A DNA stretch of 64,000 nucleotides, taken from positions 74,772,001 to 74,836,000 of the forward strand of contig NC_135818.1 in assembly GCF_964213995.1 (NCBI RefSeq). The letters run 5' to 3'. This document shows positions 1-13,037 of this stretch, in pieces; the stretch's first letter is position 1, and every line of letters starts with the position of its first letter. This DNA is from Mustelus asterias (taxonomy: Eukaryota). The notes under the pieces were generated by a model. That model made no database searches. It worked only from the letters and a program-made list of their open reading frames with translations, and was not told where the DNA came from. A program made the translations under genes and the position numbers.

Positions 1-382
1 GCGGCAGAAATGCTTTTTTTCTTTTTTTTGAAAATTAAGGCCTGGATTTTTGATCCCGGGACAGCGGTACCAGAGTTGGGATGTTCCCCAGCTCCACCAA
101 CCCAACCCAGGAGAAAGTGGCCTGCAAGGGGTGGCAGGGTTCCTGAGGAGCAAGACTGGGCAACTCCAGAATGAGTGCGGAGTATGCTGTGATGATGGGC
201 AGTTGTGAAATAGGTCACACAGCAATAATCCAGTAATGGCTTCTGTCAGCAAATCGAATGTAATAGAAAACAATAATTTTTTTACACTTTTGTTCAGAGT
301 TAAAGGGCAGGAGTTTTAACAGCTCCCTTTGACAGTTCATCTTGAGACTTATTTTTCCAGCTCACTTTGACGGGACCCCTTG

Positions 383-686
383 GAAACATAGAATCCCTAC
401 AGTGCAGAAGGAAGCCGTTTGGCCCATTGAAACAGCACTAACAACAATCCCACCCAGGCCTTATCCCGTAACCCCACGGATTTACCCTGCTAATCTCCCT
501 GACACTAAGAGACAGTTTAGCATGGCCTATCAACCTAACCCGTGCATCTTTGGACTGTTGGAGGAGACCAGAATACCCAGAGGAGACCCACACAGACACG
601 TGGAGAACATGCAAACTCCACACAGGCAGTCACCCAGTCCCCTGGCGCTGTGAGGCAGCAGTGCCAACTGCCGTGCCACCGTGTCA
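383..686 (-). mobile_element. HE1-type V-SINE with CR1/HER1-type tail (type A)
   Basis: Minus-strand tRNA-like head, V-domain core TGGAGTTTGCATGTTCTCC and tail ...CCTTCTGCACTGTAGGGATTCTATG. Confidence 0.9.
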
Positions 687-979
687 CCTTGATTCAGGCC
701 TGTCCCGCCATTTTCTCTGCGACCGAGAAGCTCCCCGTGGTGGCAAAAATCCATGTAGATGTTTGGGGTGGGCATTTGGAAACTTCTAGAAAGACTCCGG
801 CAGCCAGATTTTGCCAAGTGAAAGCAATCCATACCGGAAATGATCGACTGCTTATACCAATCACTCACAAAGCAGATTGCGTGCAACAAAGCAAAGTATT
901 TGAATTTCATCAATAAAAAAAGATTACAAATCTATCGCTTGCAAGGCCCAATATTTAGATTTGGAGATGTCTCTGGGGT

Positions 980-998
980 GGCACGTGCCTATATTTAG
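980..998. promoter_or_regulatory. Adjacent palindromic E-box (GGCACGTGCC) and MEF2 consensus site (CTATATTTAG)
   Basis: Exact motif matches at 980-989 and 989-998 in repeat-free sequence; function untested. Confidence 0.3.
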
Positions 999-1142
999 CT
1001 CTGAAACACTCATTTCATTTCAGTGCAGTCAATAAGATCAGAAAGCTGTCTGGTATTCGATTAATAAAGACCAGATGAAGCAAAAGCCAGCGCAAGGAAG
1101 ACTTGAGAGAGTGCGGGCAAGTAAAAAAAAAAAATTACTTAC

Positions 1143-1300
1143 AGAAAATCAGCCAAATAATAAACAGAAGCGAACGTTAAATGCAGCCTTGCTGTGACCA
1201 AACTCTTGAGCCACAGCAAGGCAGTTTTCAGAAAACGCGATAGGCCAGTGGCGCTGGGGTGAGGAAAGATTCTTCAAACTGGAGATGCCTTTCTTTTCAC
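1143..1300 (-). other. Candidate non-coding (5' UTR-like) exon of a minus-strand gene leaving the window to the left
   Basis: Acceptor CCTTTTCTTTAAG|G at 1301/1300, donor CT|GTAAGT at 1143/1142, upstream donor GA|GTAAGT at 1444/1443; unique sequence with several CpGs; stops in all three frames. Confidence 0.3.
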
Positions 1301-1837
1301 CTTAAAGAAAAGGTACTCTGGCCCGCACGTAACCCAAACATCTTTTGTTTTCTATTTTTCTTTTGTCCTTTGCCGGAAAAAAAAAAGACGCTAAGTAAAA
1401 AGTGAAGTTGTGACTGTCGTTTTTTTTTTCCCTTCTGACTTACTCAATTTTTCTGAACTAGATGCCAGACCACATCTGAAGATTTGCCGAGTGTGCTCAG
1501 CCTTCCTTGCATTCTCTCGCTCCCCTGCTCCCCCTCACCCCCACCCAGACTCCTGTTAACCCCTGTGAGACCACGGTGGCCATAGTTATCCTGGTAAATC
1601 CAACTAGGTCCTCAGCCCTTTGAGGCCTGGGATGGCTTTGCAGCTTTGGGGACCTCGGAGGGTTATTTTAATGAGCAGTCGAAGCTGGGGCGACTTTTCA
1701 ACTGGATAAGTCAGGGCAGATGACAAAAGTCATTTTGTTCAACTTTGCTCATGCCTCTGGAATTTACTCACTTTCTCCCATTGTGATGTCAAACAGTTTG
1801 TTGAACGATTCCACAATTCCTCCATCCTATTGCTCTA

Positions 1838-2181
1838 TTCATGGGTCATGGGTGGCACTGGCTGGCCAGCGTTTATTGCCCATCCCAGTTACCCAAGGGT
1901 AGTTGAGAGTCAACCACATTGCTGTGGTTCTGGAGTCACATGCAGGCCAGACCAGATGATGACAGCAGATTTCCTTCCCTAAAGCGCATTAGTGAACCAG
2001 ATGGGTTTTTATGACAATTGGCAATGGTTTCATGGTCATCAGTAGATTCTTAATTCCAGATATTTTTTTATTGAATTCAAATTCCACTATCTGTCGTGCC
2101 GGGATTTGAACCCGGGTCCCCAGAACTTTAGCTGAGTTTCAGGATTAATAGTCTCGTGGTAATATGACTGGACCATCGCCT
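1838..2181 (-). mobile_element. tRNA-derived SINE family 2 (CR1-like tail)
   Basis: Head GAGGCGATGG...GGTTCAAATCCC, body GGAAGGAAATCTGC...GTGACTCCAGA, tail GATGGGCAATAAA..CTGGCC; several copies in window. Confidence 0.85.
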
Positions 2182-2452
2182 CAGAAGTCTGTTCCAACCT
2201 GTGTGTGAAGAATAGCTTCCTGACATCAGTCCTGAATATGTTATTCATTAGTTTTAGGTTTTTTGTCATGTAGTCATGCTCCAGAAATACGTAGAAACAG
2301 GAAGATGACACGAGCCCTTCAAACTGTTCCACCATTCAATGAGATCATGGCTGATCTTAATCTTAACTCCAACCACCTGCCTTTGCTCCATATATCTTAA
2401 AACTCTCGGCGAGAAGAAAATTAAACAACCTCAGATCGAACAATCTCATCTA

Positions 2453-3337
2453 CAGGCAGTCCTCGACTTTACGATGTTTGAGTTACAACGAACAGCATTC
2501 CCATCGGTTACAACTTGACACCCCATTTTCAACTTTACAACATCAGTTTTGACTTTACAATGCCAGCATGTTCACATGTGCGTTTGATGCTCTGTGCTGC
2601 CCATCTATTCAACTGGGCAGATCACACAGTCTTTATTGGATTGGAAATGAGTGTTTCATTTTGTAAAATGTTTTGGTGCAACCATCATGATTTTAATACA
2701 TTTATAATCTTTAATGTCTGCTCAGACTCATAGAATCCCTACAGTACAGAAGGAGACCATTCGGCCTGTTGTGTCTGTACTGACTGGAATCCCACCCAGG
2801 CCCTATTCCTATAACCCCACGCATTTACCCTGCCAACCCCCCGACACTCGGGTCAATTTAGCGTGGTCAATCAACCTAACCGGCACATCTTTGGACTGTG
2901 GGAGGAAACCGGAGCGCCCGGAGGAAACCCGCGCAGACACGGGGAGAAAGTGCAAACTCCATACAGTCAGTGACCTGAGGTTGGAATTGAATCTGGGACC
3001 CCTGCACTGTGAGGCAGCAGTGCTAACCACTGTGCCATTGTGCCGCTCATACTCACAGAAATTCAAGGTTAAATAGGCAACAGTAATTGAATGACTTCAC
3101 TATATCCTCACACACTAACCAAGGAACTTGTGCTAAGGCGTGCAGTTGCCACAGCAACTTGACAGGACAAGAGTTGAGAGCATTTAACACGGCCGAGTAC
3201 CCCACAAACGATTGGTTCAGGAACCAAACCCACATTTACACCATTGTTCCTGAGGGAAAATGGGTCTGAGTTGCAATGTTTTGACTTACAACCTGGATTT
3301 CAGCAACCAATTGTGTCCTTTGTCCAAGGACCACCTG
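2453..3337. mobile_element. Tc1/mariner Tigger-like non-autonomous DNA element interrupted by an HE1 SINE
   Basis: TA|CAGGCAGTCCTCGAC left end and degenerate inverted right end GTCCAAGGACCACCTG; splits a minus-strand CR1 3' fragment that resumes at 3338. Confidence 0.6.
2727..3045 (-). mobile_element. HE1-type V-SINE (type A)
   Basis: Head, V core and CR1-type tail. Confidence 0.9.
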
Positions 3338-3502
3338 AACTGTTCTTTTGGGGGAAACAGTTCCACATTTTGACCACCCTGTGCATGCAGAAGGGTTCCC
3401 TAAATTCTCTCTGAAATATTGGGCTCAATTTCCCTTTTACTAGCCTTTTTTCACCTGTTGCACATTGTATGCTATCTTGCTTGCCTCTGTAATTTAAATA
3501 GT

Positions 3503-3770
3503 AGCATGGTGGCACAGCGGTTAGAACTGCTGCCTCACAGCACCAGGGACCCGGGTGTGATTCCTAGCCTCGGGTCACTGTCTGTGAGGAGTCTGCACAT
3601 TTGCCCCGTGTCTAAGTGGGTTTCCTCCCACAGTGCGAAAGACGTGCTGGTTAGGTGCATTGGCAGTACTAAATTCTCCCTCAGTGTACCCGAACAGGCA
3701 CCGGATTTTCACAGTAACGTCATTGCAGTGTTAATGTAAGCCTAATTGTGACGCTAATAAAAATAAATTT
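3503..3770 (+). mobile_element. V-SINE with alternative tail (type B)
   Basis: V-SINE head followed by TCTCCCTCAGTGTACCCGAACAGG...GTGTTAATGTAAGCCTA.TTGTGAC.CTAATAAA. Confidence 0.85.
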
Positions 3771-3869
3771 GAAAACCTGAAACAATTTCCAACTCTGTCG
3801 GTCCTAAAAGCAGATTGCAAAATTCTGCTTTAAGCATTCAAAACAAAATTGCTGTCTCGAACCTATCTG

Positions 3870-4420
3870 GCTCATGGAAGCAGGAAGAGCCATTCAGCCC
3901 CTTGAGCTCATTGTACCATTCAGTTACATCATGGCTGATCTGCATCTGAACTCCATCTAAAAGCATCGCTTCTGTCACCCTTAATAATCTTACCTGACAA
4001 TGATCCATCAATCTCAGTCTTTTAATTTTCATTTAATTCCCAGTCTCAACAGAATTTCAAGAGAGCGAGTTCCAGATTTTGGCTGGAGAAATGTTTTCAA
4101 CATCAACCCTGAGCAACTGAGCTCCAAAGTACAGGTCCCACCACACCCTCCCCCCCCCCCCCCCCACTGAACACACACACACCCCCCACTGCTGGCCCCA
4201 CCAACACCTGCCCTTTCTCAGGACTCTCCCATCAGAAGAAATAGTTTCTTTTTATCTACTTATCTAAATCCTATAATCATCGTAAACACGTCAATTAAAT
4301 TACACCTTAATCTTTTATATTCAAGATGATACAAGCCTAGATTTTCCAACCTGTCTTCGTAATTTAATCTTTATAGTCCCTGTGTTATTCTGGTTGAATC
4401 TGCTGTCCTCCTGGCTATGA
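3870..4420 (-). mobile_element. Degenerate CR1 LINE 3' fragment
   Basis: Similar to the better-preserved CR1 3' ends at 43627-44143 and 47184-47537. Confidence 0.65.
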
Positions 4421-4593
4421 CAAAGGCACAAGAGTCCAACATATTTCATTGACATGCACTGTGAAACAGACTGTTTGTAATGATCCTCAAAAATAACCCC
4501 AATCAAAGGTAAAGTACATTTTTTAGTCAGCAGCCACGAGTACTGCTACTTGGATATAACTGAGCAACCAGGGTCACCTGACATAAGATTCTC

Positions 4594-4929
4594 ATTCATC
4601 CGTGGGACACAGGCGTTGCTGGCTGGCCAGCATTTATTGTCCTTGAAGGGCAGTTGAGAGTCAGCCACATTGCTGTGGCTCTGGAGTCACATGTAGGCCA
4701 GACCAGGTAAGGAAGGCAGATATCCTTCCCTGACGGACATTAGTGAACCAGATAATGGTCCGACAATGGTTTCATGGTCATCAGTAGATTTTTAATTCCA
4801 AATATTATTTTTAATTGAATTCAAATTTGACCATCTGCCATGGCGGGATTCGAACATAGGTCCCCAGAATATAGGCTGAGTTTCTGGATTAATGGCTTAG
4901 CGATAATACCACTCGGCCATCGCCTCCCC
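4594..4929 (-). mobile_element. tRNA-derived SINE family 2
   Basis: Near full-length match to 1838-2181; head GGGGAGGCGATGGCCGAGTGG, B-box GTTCGAATCCC. Confidence 0.85.
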
Positions 4930-4989
4930 TGCACAGGATGCAACGGAATCAACCAGAAATTAATTTGTTTTTTCTGTTCACTGCTTTTT

Positions 4990-5418
4990 GATCTGATTTG
5001 ATTTACTATTGTGATATGTATTGGGATACAGTGAAAAATGTGGTTTCTTGTGTGCTATGCAGATGAAGTATACTGTTCATAAAGTACATAGAGGAGAAGG
5101 AAAGGAGAGGGCGCAGAATATACTGTTACAGTCACAGATGGGTTGTAGTGAAAGATCGGCTTAATATAAGTCATGATGGCAGCAGGGAAGAAGCTGTTCT
5201 TGAGTCAGTTGGTACGTGATCGCAGACTTTTGCATCTTTTTCCCAATGGAAGAAGATGGAGGAGAGTCTGTCCGAGGTGCGTGGAGTCCTTGATTATGCT
5301 GGCTGCTTTCCCGAGGCAACGGGAAGTGTAGACGAATGGATGGGGGGCTGACTTGCATGATGGACTGGGCTTCGTTCACATCCCTTTGTAGTTTATCGCG
5401 GTCTCGGTCAGAGCAGGA
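4990..5418 (-). mobile_element. Rex1/Babar-like LINE 3' fragment
   Basis: Matches 49905-50635; tail (ATCAA)n. Confidence 0.8.
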
Positions 5419-5422
5419 TGAT

Positions 5423-5500
5423 TCCAGACCTGCTGAGTATTTCCAGCATTTTTTTGCCCTTATTTGAGATTTGCAGCATTCACGGTATTTTGCTTTTGTC
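5423..5500 (+). mobile_element. Penelope-like terminal repeat fragment
   Basis: CAGACCTGCTGAGTATTTCCAGCATTTT...CAGCATTCACGGTATTTTGCTTTT matches the right arm of 13630-13888. Confidence 0.6.
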
Positions 5501-6808
5501 TTCTAAATAATAGGTCTACTTGGAAGAAAAACTCAAAGTAAGAGTTGCAAGAGGTTCACACCCCGTTCTGCGCACGCAGGGACAGATCAACCTTCCAGTT
5601 TGATTATAATTCTCTTCATGACTCCAAACCCAGAGAGCAAAAGAGACAGGAGGTTGCACAGATTTTCCATTGACATCTAAATGGAAATCTGGAAGTCACT
5701 CCCTCAAAACCCTGTGAAACTGGTGGCGGGACAAGCGGAGTGGAGGGGTGGGGGAGGGGTTGGGGGGGTGGGGGGAGGTGGGGAGGATGGGGTCGGGTTC
5801 AAATGAAAATTTCAGGACTGAGATTGTTAGCTTTCTGTCAGGTAAGGGTATTAAGGGTTACAGAAGCAAGGTGTATGGATGGAGTTAAGATACACATCAG
5901 CCATTCATTAATGAATGCCCAGATGGCCCGCTCACCGCTCTGGCGATTTAAGAAGAAAAATCGAAAGCAATCCTCCAGATTCTTTCTCTCAAATCAGGAA
6001 AATCTCTAATAAACACAAATGAAAGAAGAAAGGGAAAAAAAAATCAAAGAGTTTGAGCTTTTATTTATTATTGATAAACTGAGGCAAAGACCGAAAGTCC
6101 ATAATGCAACACATGAACAGGGTTGAAAAGAATAGGGCAGGACGTGAAGAAAATCAAGAAGCAGGGATCAGATGTCACCAAACTTGAAGTTTATACACGG
6201 AAGGGAGAATTGAGATCCGAGGTTTTCAGAAAGAACGGATTAGACTAGAGGTCGTTTCAATGGGTCTTGACTTCCACAGATTAGGAGCGCAAATATTCTT
6301 GCACTACAGCGGCACTGCAGCAACCTACACAATGACAAGATGGAACTGTTGCCCTTTCCGTTGAAGGTCATGTCGATTTTAACCCTCTCCACATGCCCCG
6401 CAATGATGCCTGGTAAAGGGGTAAAATTGGGTGAGTCAAATTGCTGCCATCGGGCTATTCCGTTGCCCCCCCCCTTCCTGTCAGTCAAAGCTCCTGGAAG
6501 TGCCGCTCTCATTGAATTCGCCGTCTGACAGTTGCAGCACTTAGCTGGCGCAATATTAATTTTGTACAAGTGAATCGGACCTGATCATCAAAGGTTGGAG
6601 CAATTCTCTTTTATTGTCGCAATCGGCACACCAAACTGGGTAGCCGATTTGTGGACCACCTCCGCTCAGTACACAAGTGTGTGATCCAGAGCTTCCCATT
6701 TCCCCACCCTCCCACACTGATTTCTCTGCCCTCAGCACCCTACACCGCCCAACATGAGTTTGAGGAACAAGACCTAATTTTTGATTCATGTATTTTGCAA
6801 AACATCTG

Positions 6809-6948
6809 GGGCAGGATTTTCCCGTCCCGCCTGCCACAGGAATCGTAGTGGCCGGGAGTGGGCGGGGGGGGGGGAAACATGCAAAGGTCCGTTGACCTCG
6901 GATGAAAATTTCCGGCTTTGGGGTGAGCCTGGCTGGAAAATCCCGCCC
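6809..6948. mobile_element. PIF/Harbinger-type MITE
   Basis: TIRs GGGCAGGATTTT / AAAATCCCGCCC, 3-bp TSD CTG. Confidence 0.8.
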
Positions 6949-7299
6949 CTGGACTCAGCATTGAGTTCAGCACTTGGAAATGTAACACAGCTCAGTGATA
7001 ACAGTACTGGGCTAGTGAGCCAGTGATCACAAGTTCAAATTCCCCCATGGTGGGCTGCTCAATAAATCTGTTCAGTTGTGGGCTAGCGCCAACTAATGAC
7101 GATAAAAGTTGCTGAATTGTTTTTCTGAGGAAGAGCATGTAGAGTTATGAGGAGAGAGAGCAGGAGAATGGGAATTGCTCAGTCCTTGAGCCAATGCAGA
7201 CCTGATGGGCTGAATGGTCTCCTCTGCATTGGAACAATTCTGTAATTCTGATTCTAATTTTGGATCATAATCTTTGCCACAATATTTTTTTTTTCAGCA

Positions 7300-7612
7300 G
7301 CAGCTGTTGGTAATGATTCTGCTAAACACCTCCTCAAGGCCCACCTTTTGTGTCATTACTTGTCTCAATACCATCTTCTCTTGCCTTGCACGGTCCTCAT
7401 TTCATCATTTAATCTCTCCTGCCTTCCATTCCACCACAGACATTCCTTAGCGTTCTCCTCCCCTACCTCCACACCACCCCCACACCCTCCCACTTACCTT
7501 GCCTCTTTACTTATTTTAAACCGACTACATCTGCAACTATTCCCAGTCTGACAAAAGTTATCATCCTGAAACGTTAACTTCGTTTCTCCACAGATGGTGT
7601 CTGACTTGCTGG
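7300..7612 (+). mobile_element. Penelope-like 3' terminal repeat with decayed hammerhead motif
   Basis: Pyrimidine-rich tract then CTGACAAAAG...GAAACGTT...CTCCACAGATG, as in 13771-13830. Confidence 0.55.
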
Positions 7613-8150
7613 ATGGAATTTTATGTGCTGGCAGGATTGTAGGATGGAGAGTGAGCGTAATATTCCTTTGATGAGCTTTCCATCTGTCTGCCACAACCTC
7701 TCTGCCATTTTACACTTGGAAGGGCAAGGCCTGGGCCGGCCTATCCACTCTTGCTTCCACTGAGGCCAAGCTATTGACCACTTAAGGGTCATTTCCCACC
7801 CAACCTCAATTTTCAGGCCCTCAGGAGGAGTTCTGGGGTAAAGGTGGAACTTGAAAATAAACTGGGTTCAGGACTTGGGTGGAGACCTTCAGCGGCCTTC
7901 TTCTAACATCAGTTTTCCCTTTACCCATACCCCCTCAACCCCCCGCTCCACCGTCCCCACCCCTCTGTCCTCTCACCCCGCAGTCTCTCCAGCAACACCC
8001 CCAATGTCCTGCTGTCCACTCTCCTAGACCCCACCTACCCTCCCTGCCCTAAGATCCCCAAACATTACCTGGCACTTGACTCCTTGGACTCAGGGTCTGG
8101 GGACTGTCTGCAGCCCCAGTCCCGTCGACTGCAGCTTCTGGTGCCCCTCG
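7612..8150. mobile_element. Longer GC-rich non-autonomous DNA transposon fragment (Harbinger-like)
   Basis: GGATGGAATTTT end; reverse similarity to 60185-60870. Confidence 0.45.
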
Positions 8151-8884
8151 AGCCTGTTCCACCACTCAGTTACATCATGCTGATTTTTATCCTCAACTCC
8201 ATTTGCCCATTTTGTTTCTGCATCCCTTAAAATATGACATGCGTGTATGAAGACCGTGCATTATTTAAGCAACATACCAGCGCTCTAATCCAGTTAGCCT
8301 GAGCAAAGTCCAAACAGCAAGCTGGGAAATTATCTGAAAATAAGTTTCAACTGAAGTTTTCCCAGCTCGTCATCTGAGGTCACATAGTGCCACAAGGGTC
8401 AATCGCTGACATATCCATGGGATTTTGTTTGCCTCGCCTGCAGTCCAGCTCCTTTGAGCCACCCAGCGAACATTGAGGATGGCACAGCCAGACTGCTCAG
8501 AATGGATAAAAGAGACAAAGGCCTTCCAAGCACATCAGCCTGTGTACATTTTCATTGTGCGCTCTAACTATGAATGCATCAGGAAATAATATGATTCTAC
8601 TGAGCTGTTCAGGCTGCAATGCTCAACAGTTTGCGGGTGTCACTGTTTTCAATAAATTCAAGATTGTTTTTTTGTTATAATTTTAAGCCTTAGTGTGAAC
8701 ATTGGCTTCCCATTGAGGCCTGGATTATGTCTGAATCCGAAAGCCAATGCATGCTATTGCTGTGCTTATTGCTTATATTATCTCAGAAATGTCAACAGGC
8801 ACAGGAGAGCTGAAGAAAGCTATTGTTCAAATGACGAAAAGGATTTACTGATTGCGATTGTAAATAATTGTTCTTTTCTTATCT

Positions 8885-9895
8885 TCCTTCATGAGATGTG
8901 GGCATCACTGGCTAGGCCAGCATTTATTGCCCATCCCTAATTGCCCTTGAGAAGTTAGTGGTGAGCCGTCTTCGTAAACCGCTGCAGTCCATGTGGTGTG
9001 GGTACACCCATTAGGGAAGAGGTTCCAGGATTTTGACCCAGCAATAGTCACAGAAAGCTGATATAATTCCCAGTTAGTATGGCACAGGGCTTGAAGGGGA
9101 ACTTCCAGCTGGTGGTGTCCCCATCTGTCTGCTGCCCTTGTCCTTCTAGATGGTAGAAGTCATGGGTTTGGAAGATGTAGCCTGAGGAGTCTTGGTGAGT
9201 TCTTGCAGTGCATCTTGTAAATGGTACACACTGCTGCTGTCGTGAGTCAGTGGTGGAGGGAGTGGAGTTTGTGGATGTGGTGCCAATCAAGCGGGGCTGC
9301 TTTGTCCTGGGTGTTGTTGAGCCTCTTGAATGTTGTTGGAGCGACATCCATCCAGGCAAATGGGGAGTATTCCATCACACTCCTGACTTGTGCCTTGAAG
9401 ACTGTGAACAGGCTTCGGGGAGTCAGGAGGTGAGTTATTTGCCACAAGCTTCCTAACCTCTGCCCTGGTATTGTAGTCACAGTATTTATATGGCTAGTCC
9501 AGTTCAGTTTTTGGTCAATGGTGACCCCCAGGATGTTGACAGTTGACCAATGGTGATGCCATTGAATGTCAAGGAGTGATGGTTAGATTCTGCCTTGTTG
9601 GAGATTATCATTTCCTGGCACTTGTGTGGCACAAATGTCACTTGTCACTTGTCAACGCAAGCCTGGACATTGTTCAGGTTTTGATGAATTTGGACATGAA
9701 CTGCGTCGGTATCTGTGAAGCCTCAAATGATGCTGAATATTGTGCAGTCATCAGTGAACATCCCTGCTCCTGACCCTGTGATGGAAGGATGATCATTGAT
9801 GAAGATGGTTGGCTCTACGACACTACCCTGAGGAACTCCTGCAGTGAGGTCCTGGAGCTGAGATAATTGACCTCCAACCGCCAGAACCATCTGCA
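8885..9895 (-). mobile_element. CR1-group LINE 3' part (decayed RT); likely partner of SINE family 2
   Basis: Translated fragments AGVPQGSVV..MFTDDCTIF and FKAQVRSVMEYSPFAW; tail GATGGGCAATAAATGCTGGCC. Confidence 0.85.
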
Positions 9896-10094
9896 GGGAG
9901 TTGGAATTGCCATGGAGGGGGAGTTTCATGACTAGACATGAAACCAAATCTGAACCTCCCATAACTCAAGTGCACTGCGAAGAGTTCATATTCCAAGTGC
10001 TGCTTTAAAAGGATAAAGAAAAGACAAGGTGGGCAAGGATGTGAAAAGAGAATGTCCGCCATGCTATCTTTCCTATATTGGGTGATTGATATCA

Positions 10095-10825
10095 TTTGAT
10101 TTGATTTATTATTGTCACATGTATTGGGATACAGTGAAAAGTATTATTTCTTGCACACTATACAGGCAAAGCATACCATTCATAAAGTACTTAGGGGAGA
10201 AGGAAAGGTGAGGGTGCAGAGTATAGGATGAGATTTTATGGCCTCACTCAATCCGAAACTGTAAAATCCCACCAGAGGTCAACGGAACTTGCCATTGTCT
10301 GCCCCTCGCCCACTCCGATTCCTATGGCGGGCAGGGCGGTCAAATTCCAGCGATAGTGTTGCAGTTACAGATAGGCTGTAGAGAAAAATAAACTTAATAC
10401 AAGGGTAGGTCCATTCAAAAGTCCAATGGCAGCAGGGAAGAAGCTGATCTTGCGCCAGCTGGTATGTGATCTCAGACATTTGTATCTTTTTCCCAATGGA
10501 AGAAGGTGGAAGAAAGAATGTCCGGGGTGCGTGGGATCCGTGATTATGCTGGCTGCTTTTCCGAGGCAGTAGGAAATGTGGACAGAGTCAATGGATGGGA
10601 GGCTGGTTTGCATGATGGACTGGGCTGCATTCTTGATTTGATTTGATTTGATTTATTATTGTCACATGTATTGGTTCACAGTGAAAAGTATTGTTTGTTG
10701 CGTGCTTTACAGACAAAGCATACCGTTCATAGAGAAGGAAACGAGAGAGTGCAGAATGTAATGTCACATTCACAACCTTTTGTAGCTTCTTGCGGTCGTG
10801 GTCAGAGCAGGAGCCATACCAAGTT
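10095..10825 (-). mobile_element. Rex1/Babar-like LINE 3' fragment carrying a MITE and a nested second Rex1 tail
   Basis: Matches 49905-50635; nested tail ~10634-10767 flanked by CATTC direct repeat. Confidence 0.8.
10226..10352. mobile_element. PIF/Harbinger-type MITE
   Basis: TIRs GGATGAGATTTT / AAATTCCAGCG, TSD ATA; removing it restores the LINE tail. Confidence 0.8.
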
Positions 10826-11053
10826 CATTGAACATTTTTGCAGCACAGGTCTATTCAAGACTGAGATTGATATATTTCTGAATACTAATCAAGGGATAAG
10901 GAGATGTGGTGAAGTTTGACGATGATATTATTGAATGGAGGTTCCAGAGCCTGTCTGGCCCACTCTTGCTCTTATTTTGTATGTTCTTGTGCTTTGCAGA
11001 CATGTGGGTGAAAGAGTTGGCATTGAATGCCCAACCCTGTTCAGGCTTAGCTA

Positions 11054-11435
11054 ACCTGATTGAGGTGTACAAGATTATGAGGGGCATGGACAGGGTGGAT
11101 AGGGAGCAGCTGCTCCCCTTAGCTGAAGGGTCAGTTATGAGGGGACACACGTTAAAAGTGAGGGGTGGGAGGTTTAGGGGGGATTTGAGGAAAAGCATTT
11201 TTACCCAGAGGGTGGTGACGGTCTGGAATGCGCTGCCTGGGAGGGTGATGGAGGCGGGATGCCTCACATCCTTTAAAAAGTACCTGGATGAGTACTTGGC
11301 ATGCAATACATTCAAGGCTATGGGCCAAGTGTTGGCATGTGGGATGAGGTGGGCAGGTTAGGGCCTTTCATGTGTTGGTGCCGACTCGATGGGCCAAAGG
11401 GCCTCTTCTGCACTGTAGTATTCTGTGATTCTATG
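11054..11435 (+). mobile_element. CR1/HER1-like LINE 3' end
   Basis: LIEVYKIMRGMDRV...FTQRVVTVWNALP C-terminal ORF2 motifs plus tail. Confidence 0.9.
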
Positions 11436-11675
11436 AACTTGTCAGCATGGGGGCCAAGAATTAGGGTTGCCAATTCAGGGTACACATGTTTCGTGTGGTA
11501 TGGATCATGAGGGAAATGGGGTCATTCATCACGTGTCCTTCCACCCTGCCCAGATAAACTGCCTTTGTTCTTCTAACTCCAATACTTTAATAATAACAAG
11601 AGGTAATAAAAAGGGTTTAAATTTTTGTCAGCTTTTAGGTTGTTTTCTCCTGGATTGCTCACTTATCTCCAACAG

Positions 11676-12202
11676 TCATAGAGTCGTACAGCGCAGAAAA
11701 GACCCTTTGGCCCATTGAGCCTGCACCAGCAATAACTACAACTAAGGTTACGCTAATCCCATTTTCCAACACTTGTCCTATATCCTTGAATGTTACGATG
11801 TTGCAAATGCTCATTCAAATACTTTTTAAAGATTGCAAGGTTTCCGGCCTCCACTACCTTCCCAGGCAGTACATTCCAAACTCCCACTACACTCTGAGTG
11901 AAAAAACGTTTTCTCAAATCCCCTCTGAATCTCCGGCCCCTTGCCCTAAAACTATGCACCCTCGTGATTGACCCCTCAACCAAGGGGAACAGCTGCTCCC
12001 TACTCACCCTGTCCATACTTCTCATAATCATATACACCTCAATCATGTCCCCCCCTCAACCTTCTCTGCTTTAGAGAAAACAATCCAAGCCTATCCAGTT
12101 TCTCCCTATAGCTCAAAAGCTCCATCCAGGCAACATCCTGATGAACCTCCTCTGTACCCTCTCTAGTGCTATCACATCCTTCCTATAGTGAGGTGACCAG
12201 AG
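11676..12202 (-). mobile_element. CR1/HER1-like LINE 3' end
   Basis: MIEVYMIMRSMDRV...FFTQSVVGVWN. Confidence 0.9.
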
Positions 12203-12307
12203 GAGTCACATCTTTAATTCCGGGAGACTGCAGGACATCCACCCCATGGGGCTGTGCTTCTTTAATTCAGCTTCCTCCAGGATAGGTGCCGTGCCCCATT
12301 TTTGCCT

Positions 12308-12610
12308 GGGTGGTATGGTGGCACAATGGTTAGCACTGCTGCCTCACACTGTCAGGGACCCGGGTTCGATTCCCGCTTGGGTCACTGTCTGTGCGGAATC
12401 TGCACTTTCTCCCTGTGTCTGCGTGGGTTTCCTCCGGGTGCTCCGTTTTCCTTCCAAATCTGAAAGACGCGTTGGTTAGGGTGCATTGGCCGTGCTAAAT
12501 TCTCTGTCAGTGTACCCGAACAGGCACGGGAGTGTGGCGACTGGGGGAATTTCACAGTAACTTCATTGCAGTGTTAATGTAAGCCTAATTGTGACGCTAA
12601 TAAATGAACT
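12308..12610 (+). mobile_element. V-SINE type B
   Basis: Head, V core, type-B tail. Confidence 0.9.
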
Positions 12611-13037
12611 AATTTAGCTGCATGGTTGCTGCTTAAACTCCTGCTGTGGATGTCCTTGAAAAGGATGATGAAGGGATTGTTGAGACCTGCAATGAAAGTC
12701 AAACTCTTTAGTGGCCGGGCCCATGTTGAAATTTGCAGGCAGAGGGGCCTGTGTTTTGAAAGGCTGAGCTCCAGTCTTCATGCATTCCAGCACATCACTC
12801 CTGTACTTCATGGGATCTGTTACAATAGGTGAAACAAAATGGTGAGTGATCAGTGAGTTGACCCAGAAAATCTCTCTTGCAAATCGATCTGCAGATCACT
12901 GGCAGGCAAAAATCTGGTTTGCATTGGCGCAACAGTAGCGCAACTGACCCAATGGAAATCCTCACGTTTGTCTTTAACACTGTATCATGATAAATGTCAA
13001 CCACAAGACATGGAATGGATCAATATCCTACCGCAGA

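Noticed and set aside
4850-4929. tRNA-like A/B boxes here and at other SINE heads
   Set aside because: They continue directly into SINE bodies and lack a complete cloverleaf, so they are not tRNA genes
8318-8369. Hairpin CAAGCTGGGAAA...TTTCCCAGCTCG
   Set aside because: Only ~12 contiguous pairs with a large asymmetric interior loop; too weak to call an ncRNA
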